A stretch of DNA of 64,000 bases from Gammaproteobacteria bacterium (GTDB lineage Bacteria > Pseudomonadota > Gammaproteobacteria > Coxiellales > Coxiellaceae), in the NCBI GenBank assembly GCA_013287505.1, contig JABDDR010000001.1, positions 17,931 through 81,930 of the forward strand, written 5' to 3'. Numbering within the stretch: position 1 is the first letter of the stretch; each line of letters starts with the position of its first letter. Both the position numbers and the translations under genes were made by a program. The notes below the pieces were generated by a model. It saw only the letters and a program-made list of their open reading frames with translations. It was not told where the DNA came from and searched no databases. Positions 28,759 through 39,070 of this stretch are shown here, one piece after another.

Positions 28759-29691
28759 ATGAGAAACCTATTCCATGTTCTGAAATTGGTATTATTGTGC
28801 AGTATTGTCGCTTTGCTCTGTGCATGCGCCGGTGCCCGCCCTGATATTGCCATTCCTAATCAATTACCACAATCATTGCAACTCACATACCGTCCACAAG
28901 TCGCGCTGGTGTTAGGCGCGGGCGGTGCACGCGGTTTTGCGCACGCAGGCGCTGTTCTTGTGCTGCAAAATGCGGGTATTCCCATTAATTTAATTGTGGG
29001 TACCAGTGTGGGTAGTTTTTATGGTGCATTATTGGCAGACAGTGGCAATGCAAAAATCGCCGCTAAAATCATGCTGTCAGCCTCATTTTGGGATATCGCA
29101 GATATCGCCAATCTACCCAGCCTTCAAGGTGAAATTCAGGGTTATCGCTATCAAAAATTTTTATTACATCACATGCATGCACGATGGTTTGATCAATTGA
29201 AAATTCCGTTGGTGGTGGTTGCATCCAATCTACATACGGGGAAAAAATTTGTTATTTCAAGCGGGCCGATTGCACCGGCAGCAGAAGCATCTTCTGCGAT
29301 TCCTGGCGCTGTAAAACCAGCCTATTTGTATGGTCATATGCTGGTTGATGGCGGTGTAACCGACCCTGTTCCCGTAGATATCGCAGAGCAATATCATCCT
29401 AAAGTCATTATTGCGATTAATCTTGCGCAACAATTATCAAAAAAAATGCCGTGGTCTGCATTGGGTATTTTCGATAGAAGTTATCAGATTGCGTGGTTAA
29501 CCTTGTCGCGCAAATCAGAGCATGGTGCTGATATCGTTATTCGCCCCAAAGTAGGCAATGTCGGCGCATTTGATGTGGATCAAAAATATCAATTATTTTA
29601 TCAGGGTGAAATTGCGGCATACAAAGAATTGCCGGAAATTAAGCGTATTCTGCGCGAAAAGCATATTGCGCTGTTAAATCGCGCTTGCTAA
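28759..29691 (+). CDS. Patatin-like phospholipase (RssA-like), probable lipoprotein
   Basis: Oxyanion GAGGARGFAH, nucleophile GTSVGS and catalytic Asp motif DGGV. Signal peptide with Cys. Confidence 0.85.
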   Translation: MRNLFHVLKLVLLCSIVALLCACAGARPDIAIPNQLPQSLQLTYRPQVALVLGAGGARGFAHAGAVLVLQNAGIPINLIVGTSVGSFYGALLADSGNAKIAAKIMLSASFWDIADIANLPSLQGEIQGYRYQKFLLHHMHARWFDQLKIPLVVVASNLHTGKKFVISSGPIAPAAEASSAIPGAVKPAYLYGHMLVDGGVTDPVPVDIAEQYHPKVIIAINLAQQLSKKMPWSALGIFDRSYQIAWLTLSRKSEHGADIVIRPKVGNVGAFDVDQKYQLFYQGEIAAYKELPEIKRILREKHIALLNRAC

Positions 29692-29784
29692 CGCAAGTGC
29701 TTCTAAAGTATGTCACTAGCATGTACGTGTTGATAGTTTGTGCCAATGGTAAAGTTTAGAAGCACTTGCGTTAGCAAGCGCGAT
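29678..29784. repeat. 30-bp perfect inverted repeat spanning the stop codons of two convergent genes
   Basis: atcgcgcttgctaacgcaagtgcttctaaa (29678-29707) is the reverse complement of 29755-29784. Both genes therefore end with the peptide RAC followed by TAA. Confidence 0.85.
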
Positions 29785-30355
29785 AAATCAAAACAACACC
29801 CAGCGGCACAAGCAACATCAACGCATTATCATCAATCCATTTTAATGTGGGCCATTCAACCGCAACGGTGATAGGCGCAATAACCATTCCTAACCATAAC
29901 GGAAAATGATAAAACCACGCACAGAAAATCCAAATCATCAATGCCGCCAAAATTCCCGCGGCAATAATTATTTTTTTATGCATATGATGCAAACGCATCT
30001 CGCCCACGAGCGGATCGACGAACGCGCATGTTGCCACAATCGGTATTGACATCGACATCGATGGTGAAAACAACAACAGCAAACCCATCGCTAACATCGT
30101 CCAGGCAAATGCTGAAATATGTGTTGCTTCATGCAAACGTTGACCGAATAAAACCAAGCGCATACGGATACGCAATTTTTCAAATAAAAAAACAAAGAAA
30201 ATAAAAGCCAGAACGATTAAATGCAGAATTTTAATGGGAATGTGAGGAATAAGAAAATAATAATATAAAAAGGGAATTGCGAGCATGGCAATATGAAAAA
30301 TGCGGCGGGCGATGTGTGCGATCGTGCCGCCGTGTGTGAGATGTTTTTCCATCAA
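29771..30355 (-). CDS. Integral membrane protein (possibly polyprenol/diacylglycerol kinase or CDS-like family)
   Basis: About 6 TM segments. The family assignment is weak. ATGA overlap with bamD. Confidence 0.4.
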   Translation of the reverse strand: MMEKHLTHGGTIAHIARRIFHIAMLAIPFLYYYFLIPHIPIKILHLIVLAFIFFVFLFEKLRIRMRLVLFGQRLHEATHISAFAWTMLAMGLLLLFSPSMSMSIPIVATCAFVDPLVGEMRLHHMHKKIIIAAGILAALMIWIFCAWFYHFPLWLGMVIAPITVAVEWPTLKWIDDNALMLLVPLGVVLIYRAC

Positions 30356-31122
30356 TGACGCATTAATCTGCGTAAATTACGCGATTTTGGATAGCTGGCT
30401 TGAAATATTGCCAGCGTATTATTCGCCATTTGTGTCAAGCCTAATTTACGATACGATCTCACCATCAAAGTTAATGCAGGAATCACATAAGGCGAACGAT
30501 CGTAATGCAAAACCACGTCTTTCGCGCGATTCGCGCTAGCAACATACGCTTTGTGTTCATAATAAAATTTCGCAATACCCACTTCTTTTTCAGCGTATAA
30601 ATTACGAATATAACGCATACGTGCAATCGCATCCGGCACGTAAGGACTTTGCGGAAATGTTTCTACCAATTGGTTAAACGATAAATACGCATTTTTTAAA
30701 TATGACAAATCACGTGGCGCAGGATTAACGCCCGCCTTGCGTTGCATCCAAGAAAAGCCTTGTTTAAAGGCAATAACGCCTTTCATGTAATACGCGTAAT
30801 CTGAATAATTGCCACGAGGATACACACTCAAATAACGATCAGCAGCTGCTTGCGCTTCGTCCGCACTGTCATTTTCATAATATGCATAGACCAAATTAAT
30901 TAAACCTTTTTCAGCGTATGCGCCGAAAGGATATAACGCATTTAAAGCTTCTAATTTTTTAACTGCTGCATTGGGATGACCATGTATCAAATCTTTTTTC
31001 GAAGAATGATACAACTCTGACGCTGTTTGATTGCGATAGGTAGCAAATGAATCATGTATTTTATTGCTTGAGCAAGCGGATAACAAAACAGCTAACAACG
31101 ATACGAGTAAAATTTTTCTCAT
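30352..31122 (-). CDS. bamD: Outer membrane protein assembly factor BamD
   Basis: Lipobox LLSACSS and TPR-like repeats. It is divergent from rluD, as in many gammaproteobacteria. The start is set at MRKILLV. Confidence 0.88.
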   Translation of the reverse strand: MRKILLVSLLAVLLSACSSNKIHDSFATYRNQTASELYHSSKKDLIHGHPNAAVKKLEALNALYPFGAYAEKGLINLVYAYYENDSADEAQAAADRYLSVYPRGNYSDYAYYMKGVIAFKQGFSWMQRKAGVNPAPRDLSYLKNAYLSFNQLVETFPQSPYVPDAIARMRYIRNLYAEKEVGIAKFYYEHKAYVASANRAKDVVLHYDRSPYVIPALTLMVRSYRKLGLTQMANNTLAIFQASYPKSRNLRRLMRH

Positions 31123-31207
31123 GGGATTCTCAAATGTCCTGACAATGAATTCTGCCGGCATTATATATTCACCCTTTCAGATAAGAAAGTGATATTATTC
31201 GCAACCT

Positions 31208-32167
31208 ATGAAAACAATCATCTTGCATAATAAAATTACTGAAGCGCAACTCAACCAAAGATTGGATGCCGCACTCGCGCAATTATTCCCCGATTATTCA
31301 CGCAATCAAATTCAACAATGGATTCGTGAAGGATATGTTCGGCTCGATGATAAAATCATTCAAAAACCACGTCACGCCGTTATTGCTAATCAAATCGTCA
31401 CCATTGAAGCGCATTTGCCTGAAAATAAGGCATGGGAAGCTCAATCCATACCGTTGACGATTGTCTATGAAGACGACGCGATCATGGTGATTAATAAACC
31501 AGTTGGATTAATTGTACATCCCGGCGCTGGTAATCCTGATCACACATTGGTGAATGCCTTGCTGCACTATTTGCCGGAATTATCGATGATTCCGCGCGCA
31601 GGGATCGTGCATCGCTTGGATAAAGATACGTCGGGATTGCTCGTGATTGCCAAAACGCTATCGACGCACAATCGACTCATTAAACAGATGCAGGCGCGTG
31701 ACATACACCGTGAATATCGCGCATTGGTGCAAGGTCATATGATTTCAGGCGGCACGATTGATTTGCCGATGGGACGTCATCCGACATTGCGTACCAAAAT
31801 GGCGGTGCGCGATTCTGGAAAAGAAGCCATCACACATTACCGTGTTTTAGAGCATTTTCCGGAGCATACATTGTTAACCGTGGTACTCGATACCGGTCGC
31901 ACCCACCAAATTCGCGTGCATTTAGCCCATATAAATTACCCGCTGGTGGGCGATCCAGTCTATGGAAAACGCGGGCAATATCAATACCCTAAGCTTTCCC
32001 TTGAAGCGCAAACTGCCTTAAAAAACTTCACACACCAAGCGTTACACGCCTATAAACTGGGGTTGAATCATCCAGTCACAAAAGAACCGCTGGAATGGAC
32101 GGCGCCATTACCTAAGGATTTTGAGGGTTTGATTGCTGCTTTGCGGAAAGATAGCAACCCCAGCTAA
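31208..32167 (+). CDS. rluD: 23S rRNA pseudouridine synthase RluD
   Basis: S4 domain followed by the catalytic motif HRLDKDTSGLLV. Confidence 0.92.
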   Translation: MKTIILHNKITEAQLNQRLDAALAQLFPDYSRNQIQQWIREGYVRLDDKIIQKPRHAVIANQIVTIEAHLPENKAWEAQSIPLTIVYEDDAIMVINKPVGLIVHPGAGNPDHTLVNALLHYLPELSMIPRAGIVHRLDKDTSGLLVIAKTLSTHNRLIKQMQARDIHREYRALVQGHMISGGTIDLPMGRHPTLRTKMAVRDSGKEAITHYRVLEHFPEHTLLTVVLDTGRTHQIRVHLAHINYPLVGDPVYGKRGQYQYPKLSLEAQTALKNFTHQALHAYKLGLNHPVTKEPLEWTAPLPKDFEGLIAALRKDSNPS

Positions 32168-32245
32168 GTGAGTTACACGCAAAATACGTATATAATCATA
32201 CTTTATACAGGGATATACTCTTCAAACTGTATTGTATGAGGCTTT

Positions 32246-33568
32246 ATGACAAAAATATTCGTGTTTATAGCATTGTTCATTCCCGCACTATGCTTAGCGC
32301 ATTTACCAACCACGCAAGAAAACGCTAGTAACACCATTGCACCCATGCTCGACAAAGTCACGCCTGCGGTTGTGAATGTGTATGTCAGCGAAGTAAAATT
32401 AACAAAATTAAACGAATTGATTCAAACCCCTGACGACATCACAAAAATCCCCGTAAAAAGTTATGCTGTAGGATCTGGTGTTATTTTTGATGCGGCAAAA
32501 GGCTTAATTGTGACGAACGCGCACGTCATTGCAAATCAAAAAATCATTATCGTGACATTGAAAAATGGACAACGGTATTTCGCAAAATTAATTGCCAAAG
32601 ACAAAGATTATGACATTGCCATTTTACATATCGATGCGAAAAATTTAACCGCATTGCCATTCGCCAATTCAGATAATCTCAAAGTCGGTGATTTTGTCAC
32701 TGCGATCGGTAGCCCGTATGGTTTGGCACAAACGGTGACGTCCGGTGTTATCAGCGCATTAAATCGCACACATCCGAAAATCGAAAGCGATCAGAGTTTT
32801 ATTCAAACCGATGCACCGATTAATCCTGGTAATTCAGGGGGTGCTTTGGTGGATATGAAAGGCGATTTAATTGGGATTAACACGGCCATGGTTGCTCCTA
32901 CGGATGGCAGTATTGGGCTTGGTTTTTCTATCCCCAGCAACATGGTACATAGCGTTATCGAACAATTATTAAAATATGGCAAAGTGGAACGCGGCGTTTT
33001 AGGTGTTGTCGTGCAAAATATCACGCCTGGATTAACCGATGCGCTTCATTTAAAAAATGATAAAGGCGCGATCATTTCACAAGTAATGCCCAATACACCT
33101 GCTGCAGCCGCGGGATTAAAACCCGAAGATGTGATTACTGAAATTGATCAACACCCAGTGGATGGTGCCGCGCAATTGCGAAACACGATGGGATTGATTC
33201 ACCCAGGCACAGCTGTGAAAATTACTTATGAGCGCGGCACACAAACCAATACGGTGAACGCAACAGTGGCTGATCCAAAATCGATACAGCCCGCAGTAAC
33301 AAATTATTTTTCAGGGTTACGCTTACAAGATTTTCATGAATTGGAAGCCGACGGCACGCAATTAAACGGCGTGATTGTAATAAATATGTCTGACAATAGT
33401 GAGGGCGCACTCGCGGGATTAATGCCAGGAGATGTTATTACAACCATCAATGCAACTCCCATTACTTCCATTGAAGCACTGCAAAAAGCGATTGCCAATC
33501 AAACAAACCCACTATTATTGAATGTTGCGCGCGCAGATGAAAATGTGTATTTGGTGTTAGAGAAATAG
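32246..33568 (+). CDS. Periplasmic serine endoprotease DegP/DegQ (HtrA family), two PDZ domains
   Basis: Signal peptide, catalytic TNAHV / DIAIL / GNSGGALV, and two PDZ-like regions. Confidence 0.92.
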   Translation: MTKIFVFIALFIPALCLAHLPTTQENASNTIAPMLDKVTPAVVNVYVSEVKLTKLNELIQTPDDITKIPVKSYAVGSGVIFDAAKGLIVTNAHVIANQKIIIVTLKNGQRYFAKLIAKDKDYDIAILHIDAKNLTALPFANSDNLKVGDFVTAIGSPYGLAQTVTSGVISALNRTHPKIESDQSFIQTDAPINPGNSGGALVDMKGDLIGINTAMVAPTDGSIGLGFSIPSNMVHSVIEQLLKYGKVERGVLGVVVQNITPGLTDALHLKNDKGAIISQVMPNTPAAAAGLKPEDVITEIDQHPVDGAAQLRNTMGLIHPGTAVKITYERGTQTNTVNATVADPKSIQPAVTNYFSGLRLQDFHELEADGTQLNGVIVINMSDNSEGALAGLMPGDVITTINATPITSIEALQKAIANQTNPLLLNVARADENVYLVLEK

Positions 33569-33604
33569 TGACGCTGACACTGTCACTTTATTTAGGTTAT
33601 AACC

Positions 33605-34702
33605 ATGAAAAAAAAATCGATCATCATTGCAATCATTTTATTATTAATCATTACTACCATTTTCTTCGCACACCACCACAAAAAACAAAGCACACCCAAA
33701 AAAACACCCGCAATCCCCGTGCGCGTTCAAAACCCCATGCAACAATCTCTTCCGGTCACAGCAAACGCAACGGGTTATTTGGTCGCGCAAAAAAGCACAA
33801 CCATCACACCCCGCGCACCTGGCTACATTCAATCCATTGCATTTCACGAAGGTGATGTTATTCAATCTGGGCAAGTTTTATTTCAACTCGATAATCAAGC
33901 ACAAAAAGAAGCACTCACCGCAGCAAAAGCCGCTTATGGCTTAAGCAAATTACAATTCGAGCGCGATCAAAAATTCTTAAAAAAAGGATTTATCACGCAG
34001 GATATGTATTACAGCGCAAAGGTCACCTTAAAACAAAATCAAGCGGCGCTTGAAACTGCGCAGATCAATCTTTCTGATCGCACCATCACAGCACCGTTTG
34101 CTGGTACTACCGGTAGCATTAAAACCAGCCTGGGAGATTATGTTAATCCAGGCGCCGTTCTCACGACACTCGTCGACAATAAACATTTACGCGTAGAGTA
34201 TGCCCTGCCCGTTAAAAATTTAAATCAATTAAAAATAAATCAAGCGGTCAGTATTAGTGATGCCACTCAAAAAAATAAAATTACTGCGATCGTTTCATAT
34301 ATTTCACCGCAAGTCGCACAATCATCACAAACAATTTCTGTGCATGCGCGCATTGATAATTCAGCGCAATTATTTAAACCTGGTGAATATGTGACGATCA
34401 CACAAAATTTGGGGTTGCAAAAAAATTCGTTATTATTACCCGAACAAAGTGTGCTTGCCTCAATCAATGGTTATTCCGTTTTTGTGGTAAAAAATAATAA
34501 AGCCGTTCGTGTGCCTGTCACCATTGGTAATCGCATCAATGGCAACGTTGTGATTACAAAAGGATTAACTGCCAAAGATGATGTAATTGTTGCAGGAGAA
34601 AATGAGGTGAAAAATGGTCAACCCGTAGAGACGCGATTCATCGCGTCTCCAAGCGTTATCGCGTCTCCAAGCGTTATCGCGTCTCCGAGCAAGGCGCATT
34701 AA
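33605..34702 (+). CDS. RND efflux periplasmic adaptor (MFP) with repeat-encoded C-terminal tail
   Basis: HlyD/MFP pattern (ITAPFAGTTG). The last 25 aa or so, VETRFIASPSVIASPSVIASPSKAH, are encoded by REP-like units. Confidence 0.88.
   Translation: MKKKSIIIAIILLLIITTIFFAHHHKKQSTPKKTPAIPVRVQNPMQQSLPVTANATGYLVAQKSTTITPRAPGYIQSIAFHEGDVIQSGQVLFQLDNQAQKEALTAAKAAYGLSKLQFERDQKFLKKGFITQDMYYSAKVTLKQNQAALETAQINLSDRTITAPFAGTTGSIKTSLGDYVNPGAVLTTLVDNKHLRVEYALPVKNLNQLKINQAVSISDATQKNKITAIVSYISPQVAQSSQTISVHARIDNSAQLFKPGEYVTITQNLGLQKNSLLLPEQSVLASINGYSVFVVKNNKAVRVPVTIGNRINGNVVITKGLTAKDDVIVAGENEVKNGQPVETRFIASPSVIASPSVIASPSKAH
34625..34686. repeat. REP-like unit plus two 18-bp tandem half-sites, translated in frame
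   Basis: gtagagacgcgattcatcgcgtctcc is followed by aagcgttatcgcgtctcc twice. It lies inside the 3' end of the adaptor ORF. Confidence 0.85.
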
Positions 34703-34703
34703 C

Positions 34704-37700
34704 ATGAAGCTCCCCACCTTCTGCATCCAACGCCCCGTTTTTGCAACAGTCCTCAGTTTAATTCTCGTTATGATCGGCATCATGGGTTATCAACAACTCG
34801 AAACGCGTTTTTTTCCTCGTTTTGCCGCTAATCGCGTACTTATTTCTACAGACTATGCGGGCGCAAGTGCCAATTTAATTGAAAGCAGTATTACCACACC
34901 CTTGGAAAAAGCCATCAGCGGTATTAACGGCATTGACTACGTCACTTCTGACAGCAGCCAAGGCAATAGCGCAATCACGGTGATGCTAAAATCAGGCGTT
35001 AATACTTATAACGTCACGAATAAAATTCGTAATCAAGTTGCGATTGCAGCGTCATCGCTGCCCAACACCATTTCCTCGCCGATTGTGCGAACCGGTTACA
35101 GCAGCATGGATTTAATGGATGTTGGATTTACAACAGACAATGGATCATTAAAGAATTTACGAGATTATCTCGATCGTTTTGTGATTAATCGCATTGAAGA
35201 ACAACCCGGTATTGCAACGATAAATGTGCTTGGCGCAAATAAATATGCATTGCGTATTACATTACACCCCAGTCAAATGACAGCGCGTCAAATCAATTTC
35301 GCTGACGTACAACAAGCGATTCAAAATAACAATTTACAATTACCCGCAGGATCCATTCAAACGCCGAACATGGATTTTCCGATTACCGCAAAAACAACGC
35401 TGCATACCGCAAAACAATTTGGTGATGTGGTTATTAAAAATGATCACGGGCAGTTAATTCGTTTAAAAGACATTGCAAGCATTAAATTAGGAAGTGCAAC
35501 CACCGCCAAATCATTTATACATATCAATGGAAAAGCCGGCATCTTATTAACCATTTTCAATACCGATGAAGCAAATCCAATTGATGCCGCAAAGCATGTG
35601 CGTGAATTGCTCAAAAGAATTTCCACGCAATTGCCGAAAAATATTCACTACACTATTACATTCGATCAATCTACTTTTATGAATGCCAGTATCTCAGAAG
35701 TCTATAAATCAATTGGCATCAGTATTATTTTTGTTGCATTAATTATTTTCTTATCGCTCGGAAAAATTCGTTCTTCATTCATTCCGATTGTGACGATTCC
35801 CATTTGTTTATTAGCCACCATGGGATTTATGTATTTTGTGGGATTTAGCATCAATATGATCACCTTGCTCGCTATTGTTTTATCGATTGGGCTGATCGTC
35901 GATGATGCCATTGTAGTGCTTGAAAATATTCATCGACACATGGAAAAAGGATTGTCGCGCATGGAGGCTGCATTAAAAGGCAGTCAAGAAATTGCAACGC
36001 CCGTGATCGCCATGACATTAACACTGGCAGCAGTCTATGCGCCGATTGGTTTAATTAAAGGAATGGTCGCACATATTTTTTCCTCATTTGCATTTACGCT
36101 GGCTATTGCAGTGATTATCTCCGGGTTTGTTGCATTAACACTGTCTCCCATGTTGTGCTCAAAATTCCTCGTACACGATACAACATCGCAAAATAAATTT
36201 AATCAACGCATCGAATCTTTTTTTCATCGACTCACCGCATTTTATCAAATGTTATTATCGCATGTATTATTGCACCGCTTAAAAATTATTATTGTGACAC
36301 TGATCTTGGCTATTACAGGATTTTATATAGCAAGCACGTTGCAAAAAACATTTATGCCGAAAGAAGATATGGGATTTGTCATTACTGCTTTAACCGCACC
36401 TCCCGGTGGTAATAACCAAATAGCGCAAACGCAATTACAACAATTAAATGGTTTGCTGCAAAAAAATCCTGCTGTAAATACCAACGTGTCGCTCTCATTT
36501 GAACCCGTGGGAACACAGAATAATGACATGCTTTTTTCAACCCTAAAAAATTACAACCAACGCACACAAACAGCTGATCAAATAGCAGCGAGCTTGAGTG
36601 CGGAATATAAAAAAATTCCGGGATTAAACGCAATTTCATTTGCACCAGCCTTTGGTGGATCAACACAAAATCAAATTGCCTTTTATATTATGGCGCCTTC
36701 AAATTACCGCTATTTATATTTGATTGGGAATGCATTAATTAAAAAACTACAGGCATACCCGGGATTTGCGAATCTTTCCAGTAATATTCAATATAACAAT
36801 CAACAATATAATTTAACCGTGAATCGTTCGTTGGCAGACAGTTTGCAAGTCAGTGTAAGCACAATTGATAATACGATTGCAGGATTGTTAGGCGGCGCAA
36901 CGGTATCTACATTTAATATCAATGGGCAAATATACGATGTTGATGTTCGAGCAGCAAAACCTTACTTACAAAGCATTCAAGCAATGGAACAATTTACGGT
37001 GCCTAATGCAACGGGGCAATTAATTCCTTTAACAAATTTAATTTCGGTCACGCCTGTGCAAGCTCAAACGGATTTATTTCATTATAATCGTTTGCGTGCA
37101 GCAGAAATTTCCGGAGAAATTGCGCCTGGTTATACATTAGGTGCTGTTGTGAGTTATTTACAAAAAGCATTGCCTGCCGAATTACCCAGTCAAGTAAAAT
37201 ATACCTTTACCGGTCAAGCCCGCAACATTGCAAAATCATCGCGTTCCATGGGATTGATTTTTTTACTCGCTTTTGTTTTTATTTATTTGGTCTTAAGCGC
37301 GCAATTTGAAAGTTTTATCGATCCATTTATTATCTTGTTATCTGTGCCACTCAGTATTATTGGTGCCCTGATCAGTTTAAAAATGATCAGTGGATCCATC
37401 AATCTTTACACGGTGATTGGATTAATCACGTTGGTGGGATTAATCGCAAAGCACGGTATTTTAATCACGCAATTTGCCAATACACTGCAAAAATCAGGTG
37501 AAAATATGAGGGATGCTTTAATTCATGCTGCGAGTATTCGGTTGCGCCCTATTTTAATGACAACCGCTGCAATGGTATTCGGCGCGCTACCCTTGGTTTT
37601 TGCAACGGGCGCTAGTGCCGTCAGTCGTGAACAAGTCGGCACGGTGATTGTTGGGGGATTATTATGCGGCACTTTCTTTTCGCTGATATTAGTGCCGATT

Positions 37701-37757
37701 GCCTATAGTTATTTTAACCAGTTAAAAGAGGTGTTAGCAAAATGGCGCAGCAATTAG
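34704..37757 (+). CDS. RND multidrug efflux permease (AcrB/MexB family)
   Basis: 1017 aa with 12-TM topology and two large periplasmic loops. The start is 1 nt after the adaptor stop. Confidence 0.95.
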   Translation: MKLPTFCIQRPVFATVLSLILVMIGIMGYQQLETRFFPRFAANRVLISTDYAGASANLIESSITTPLEKAISGINGIDYVTSDSSQGNSAITVMLKSGVNTYNVTNKIRNQVAIAASSLPNTISSPIVRTGYSSMDLMDVGFTTDNGSLKNLRDYLDRFVINRIEEQPGIATINVLGANKYALRITLHPSQMTARQINFADVQQAIQNNNLQLPAGSIQTPNMDFPITAKTTLHTAKQFGDVVIKNDHGQLIRLKDIASIKLGSATTAKSFIHINGKAGILLTIFNTDEANPIDAAKHVRELLKRISTQLPKNIHYTITFDQSTFMNASISEVYKSIGISIIFVALIIFLSLGKIRSSFIPIVTIPICLLATMGFMYFVGFSINMITLLAIVLSIGLIVDDAIVVLENIHRHMEKGLSRMEAALKGSQEIATPVIAMTLTLAAVYAPIGLIKGMVAHIFSSFAFTLAIAVIISGFVALTLSPMLCSKFLVHDTTSQNKFNQRIESFFHRLTAFYQMLLSHVLLHRLKIIIVTLILAITGFYIASTLQKTFMPKEDMGFVITALTAPPGGNNQIAQTQLQQLNGLLQKNPAVNTNVSLSFEPVGTQNNDMLFSTLKNYNQRTQTADQIAASLSAEYKKIPGLNAISFAPAFGGSTQNQIAFYIMAPSNYRYLYLIGNALIKKLQAYPGFANLSSNIQYNNQQYNLTVNRSLADSLQVSVSTIDNTIAGLLGGATVSTFNINGQIYDVDVRAAKPYLQSIQAMEQFTVPNATGQLIPLTNLISVTPVQAQTDLFHYNRLRAAEISGEIAPGYTLGAVVSYLQKALPAELPSQVKYTFTGQARNIAKSSRSMGLIFLLAFVFIYLVLSAQFESFIDPFIILLSVPLSIIGALISLKMISGSINLYTVIGLITLVGLIAKHGILITQFANTLQKSGENMRDALIHAASIRLRPILMTTAAMVFGALPLVFATGASAVSREQVGTVIVGGLLCGTFFSLILVPIAYSYFNQLKEVLAKWRSN

Positions 37758-37796
37758 TCAAAGCAAATGCCCTGTGTCGACCCATTGCTCATTTGG

Positions 37797-38168
37797 TCAT
37801 AATATTATTTTTTGAATGAATTTTACTTTTTCATCGCGCGATAATTGTTTAATTTCAGCTTCTTTTTTCAACGCCTCTGATTTGCTGTCAAACGCAATAG
37901 TTAATACCAATTGTTTGGGTGGAAAGCTTCGCGTGTATTTGCATTTCTCACTGCCGTTTTCATGTTCTTTATACCTTCGATCAACATTGGTTGTATATCC
38001 TGTGTAGTAAGTGCCATTATTACACTCAATGATATAAACGAAATGCTTATTCCGCACTGACAAAATCCATTCTCCAAACCGCACAACACCGTTTAAATTT
38101 ATGACCACTGCCGCAAGGGCGTAGAACCACAGATCAGTTGCTTTTTCAGTATCTGTCTCTCGCAGCAA
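37797..38168 (-). CDS. GIY-YIG nuclease-domain protein (start uncertain)
   Basis: FVYIIECNNGTYYTGYTTNVDRRYKEHENG. The first 40 codons or so have no family resemblance. An internal TTG/GTG preceded by GGAG may be the true start. Confidence 0.7.
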   Translation of the reverse strand: MLRETDTEKATDLWFYALAAVVINLNGVVRFGEWILSVRNKHFVYIIECNNGTYYTGYTTNVDRRYKEHENGSEKCKYTRSFPPKQLVLTIAFDSKSEALKKEAEIKQLSRDEKVKFIQKIIL

Positions 38169-38179
38169 TCTCTTATCAT

Positions 38180-38929
38180 TTATTTTTTATTAAACACAGA
38201 AGACAAAAACTCTAATGGTAACGGAAAAACAATCGTTGATGTTTTTTCGCTTGATAAATCAATTAAAGTTTGCAAATAGCGCAATTGAATCGATGCGGGT
38301 TGTTGCGATAATACAGCGGCGGCTTGTTGCAATTTTTCGGAAGCCTGCAATTCACCTTCTGCATTAATGATTTTGGCGCGACGTTCGCGTTCCGCTTCGG
38401 CTTGTCTGGCGATCGCCCGCACCATACTTTCATCTAAATCCACGTCTTTGATTTCGACGTTAGATATGTTGATTCCCCAGCTGCTTGCCGACGTTTCTAA
38501 AATGGATTGAATATCTTTGCTCAATTTATCTCGTTCTGATAATAAATCATCGAGGTCGTGTTGGCCCAATACAGATCGTAATGTTGTTTGTGCTAATTGG
38601 CTGGTTGCTTCGAGATAATCTTCGATTTGAATAATCGCTTTTTCAGGGTCAATAATACGAAAATAGACAACTGCATTGACACGCACCGACACGTTGTCTT
38701 TTGTAATCACATTTTGACTCGCAACTGACATCACGACGGTTCGCAATTGTACGCGAACCATTTGCTGAAACAGAGGGATCACGATAACCAAACCAGGACC
38801 CTTAACTTTCCAAAACCGCCCCAATAAAAATACAACGCCACGCTCATATTCTTTCAAAATATTAATCGCGCTAAATACCATAATTGCAATAAAAATGGGG
38901 ATGATATAAAAAAGCATGTCACTGTTCAC
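38180..38929 (-). CDS. SPFH/Band 7 (stomatin-like, QmcA-type) protein
   Basis: N-terminal TM segment, then [13 protein letters not shown] and SPFH core motifs. Confidence 0.88.
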   Translation of the reverse strand: MNSDMLFYIIPIFIAIMVFSAINILKEYERGVVFLLGRFWKVKGPGLVIVIPLFQQMVRVQLRTVVMSVASQNVITKDNVSVRVNAVVYFRIIDPEKAIIQIEDYLEATSQLAQTTLRSVLGQHDLDDLLSERDKLSKDIQSILETSASSWGINISNVEIKDVDLDESMVRAIARQAEAERERRAKIINAEGELQASEKLQQAAAVLSQQPASIQLRYLQTLIDLSSEKTSTIVFPLPLEFLSSVFNKK

Positions 38930-39070
38930 GGTTTTCTCCCGATGATTTCAACTGGCTCTATTAAATACGTGTTCATTTAAGCAATTTCTCGTTGGTAATA
39001 CCACCCCTTGAAATACATAACAGATATTATTACACTACCACAACTTTTTTACGCGACATATTCAAATCAT

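Noticed and set aside
28994-29200. 68-aa ORF inside the patatin-like gene
   Set aside because: It is an off-frame reading of a gene with clear GxSxG and DGG catalytic motifs.
33568-33855. His/Lys-rich 95-aa ORF overlapping the start of the RND adaptor gene
   Set aside because: It is an alternative frame of the adaptor signal-peptide and linker region, with low-complexity off-frame composition.
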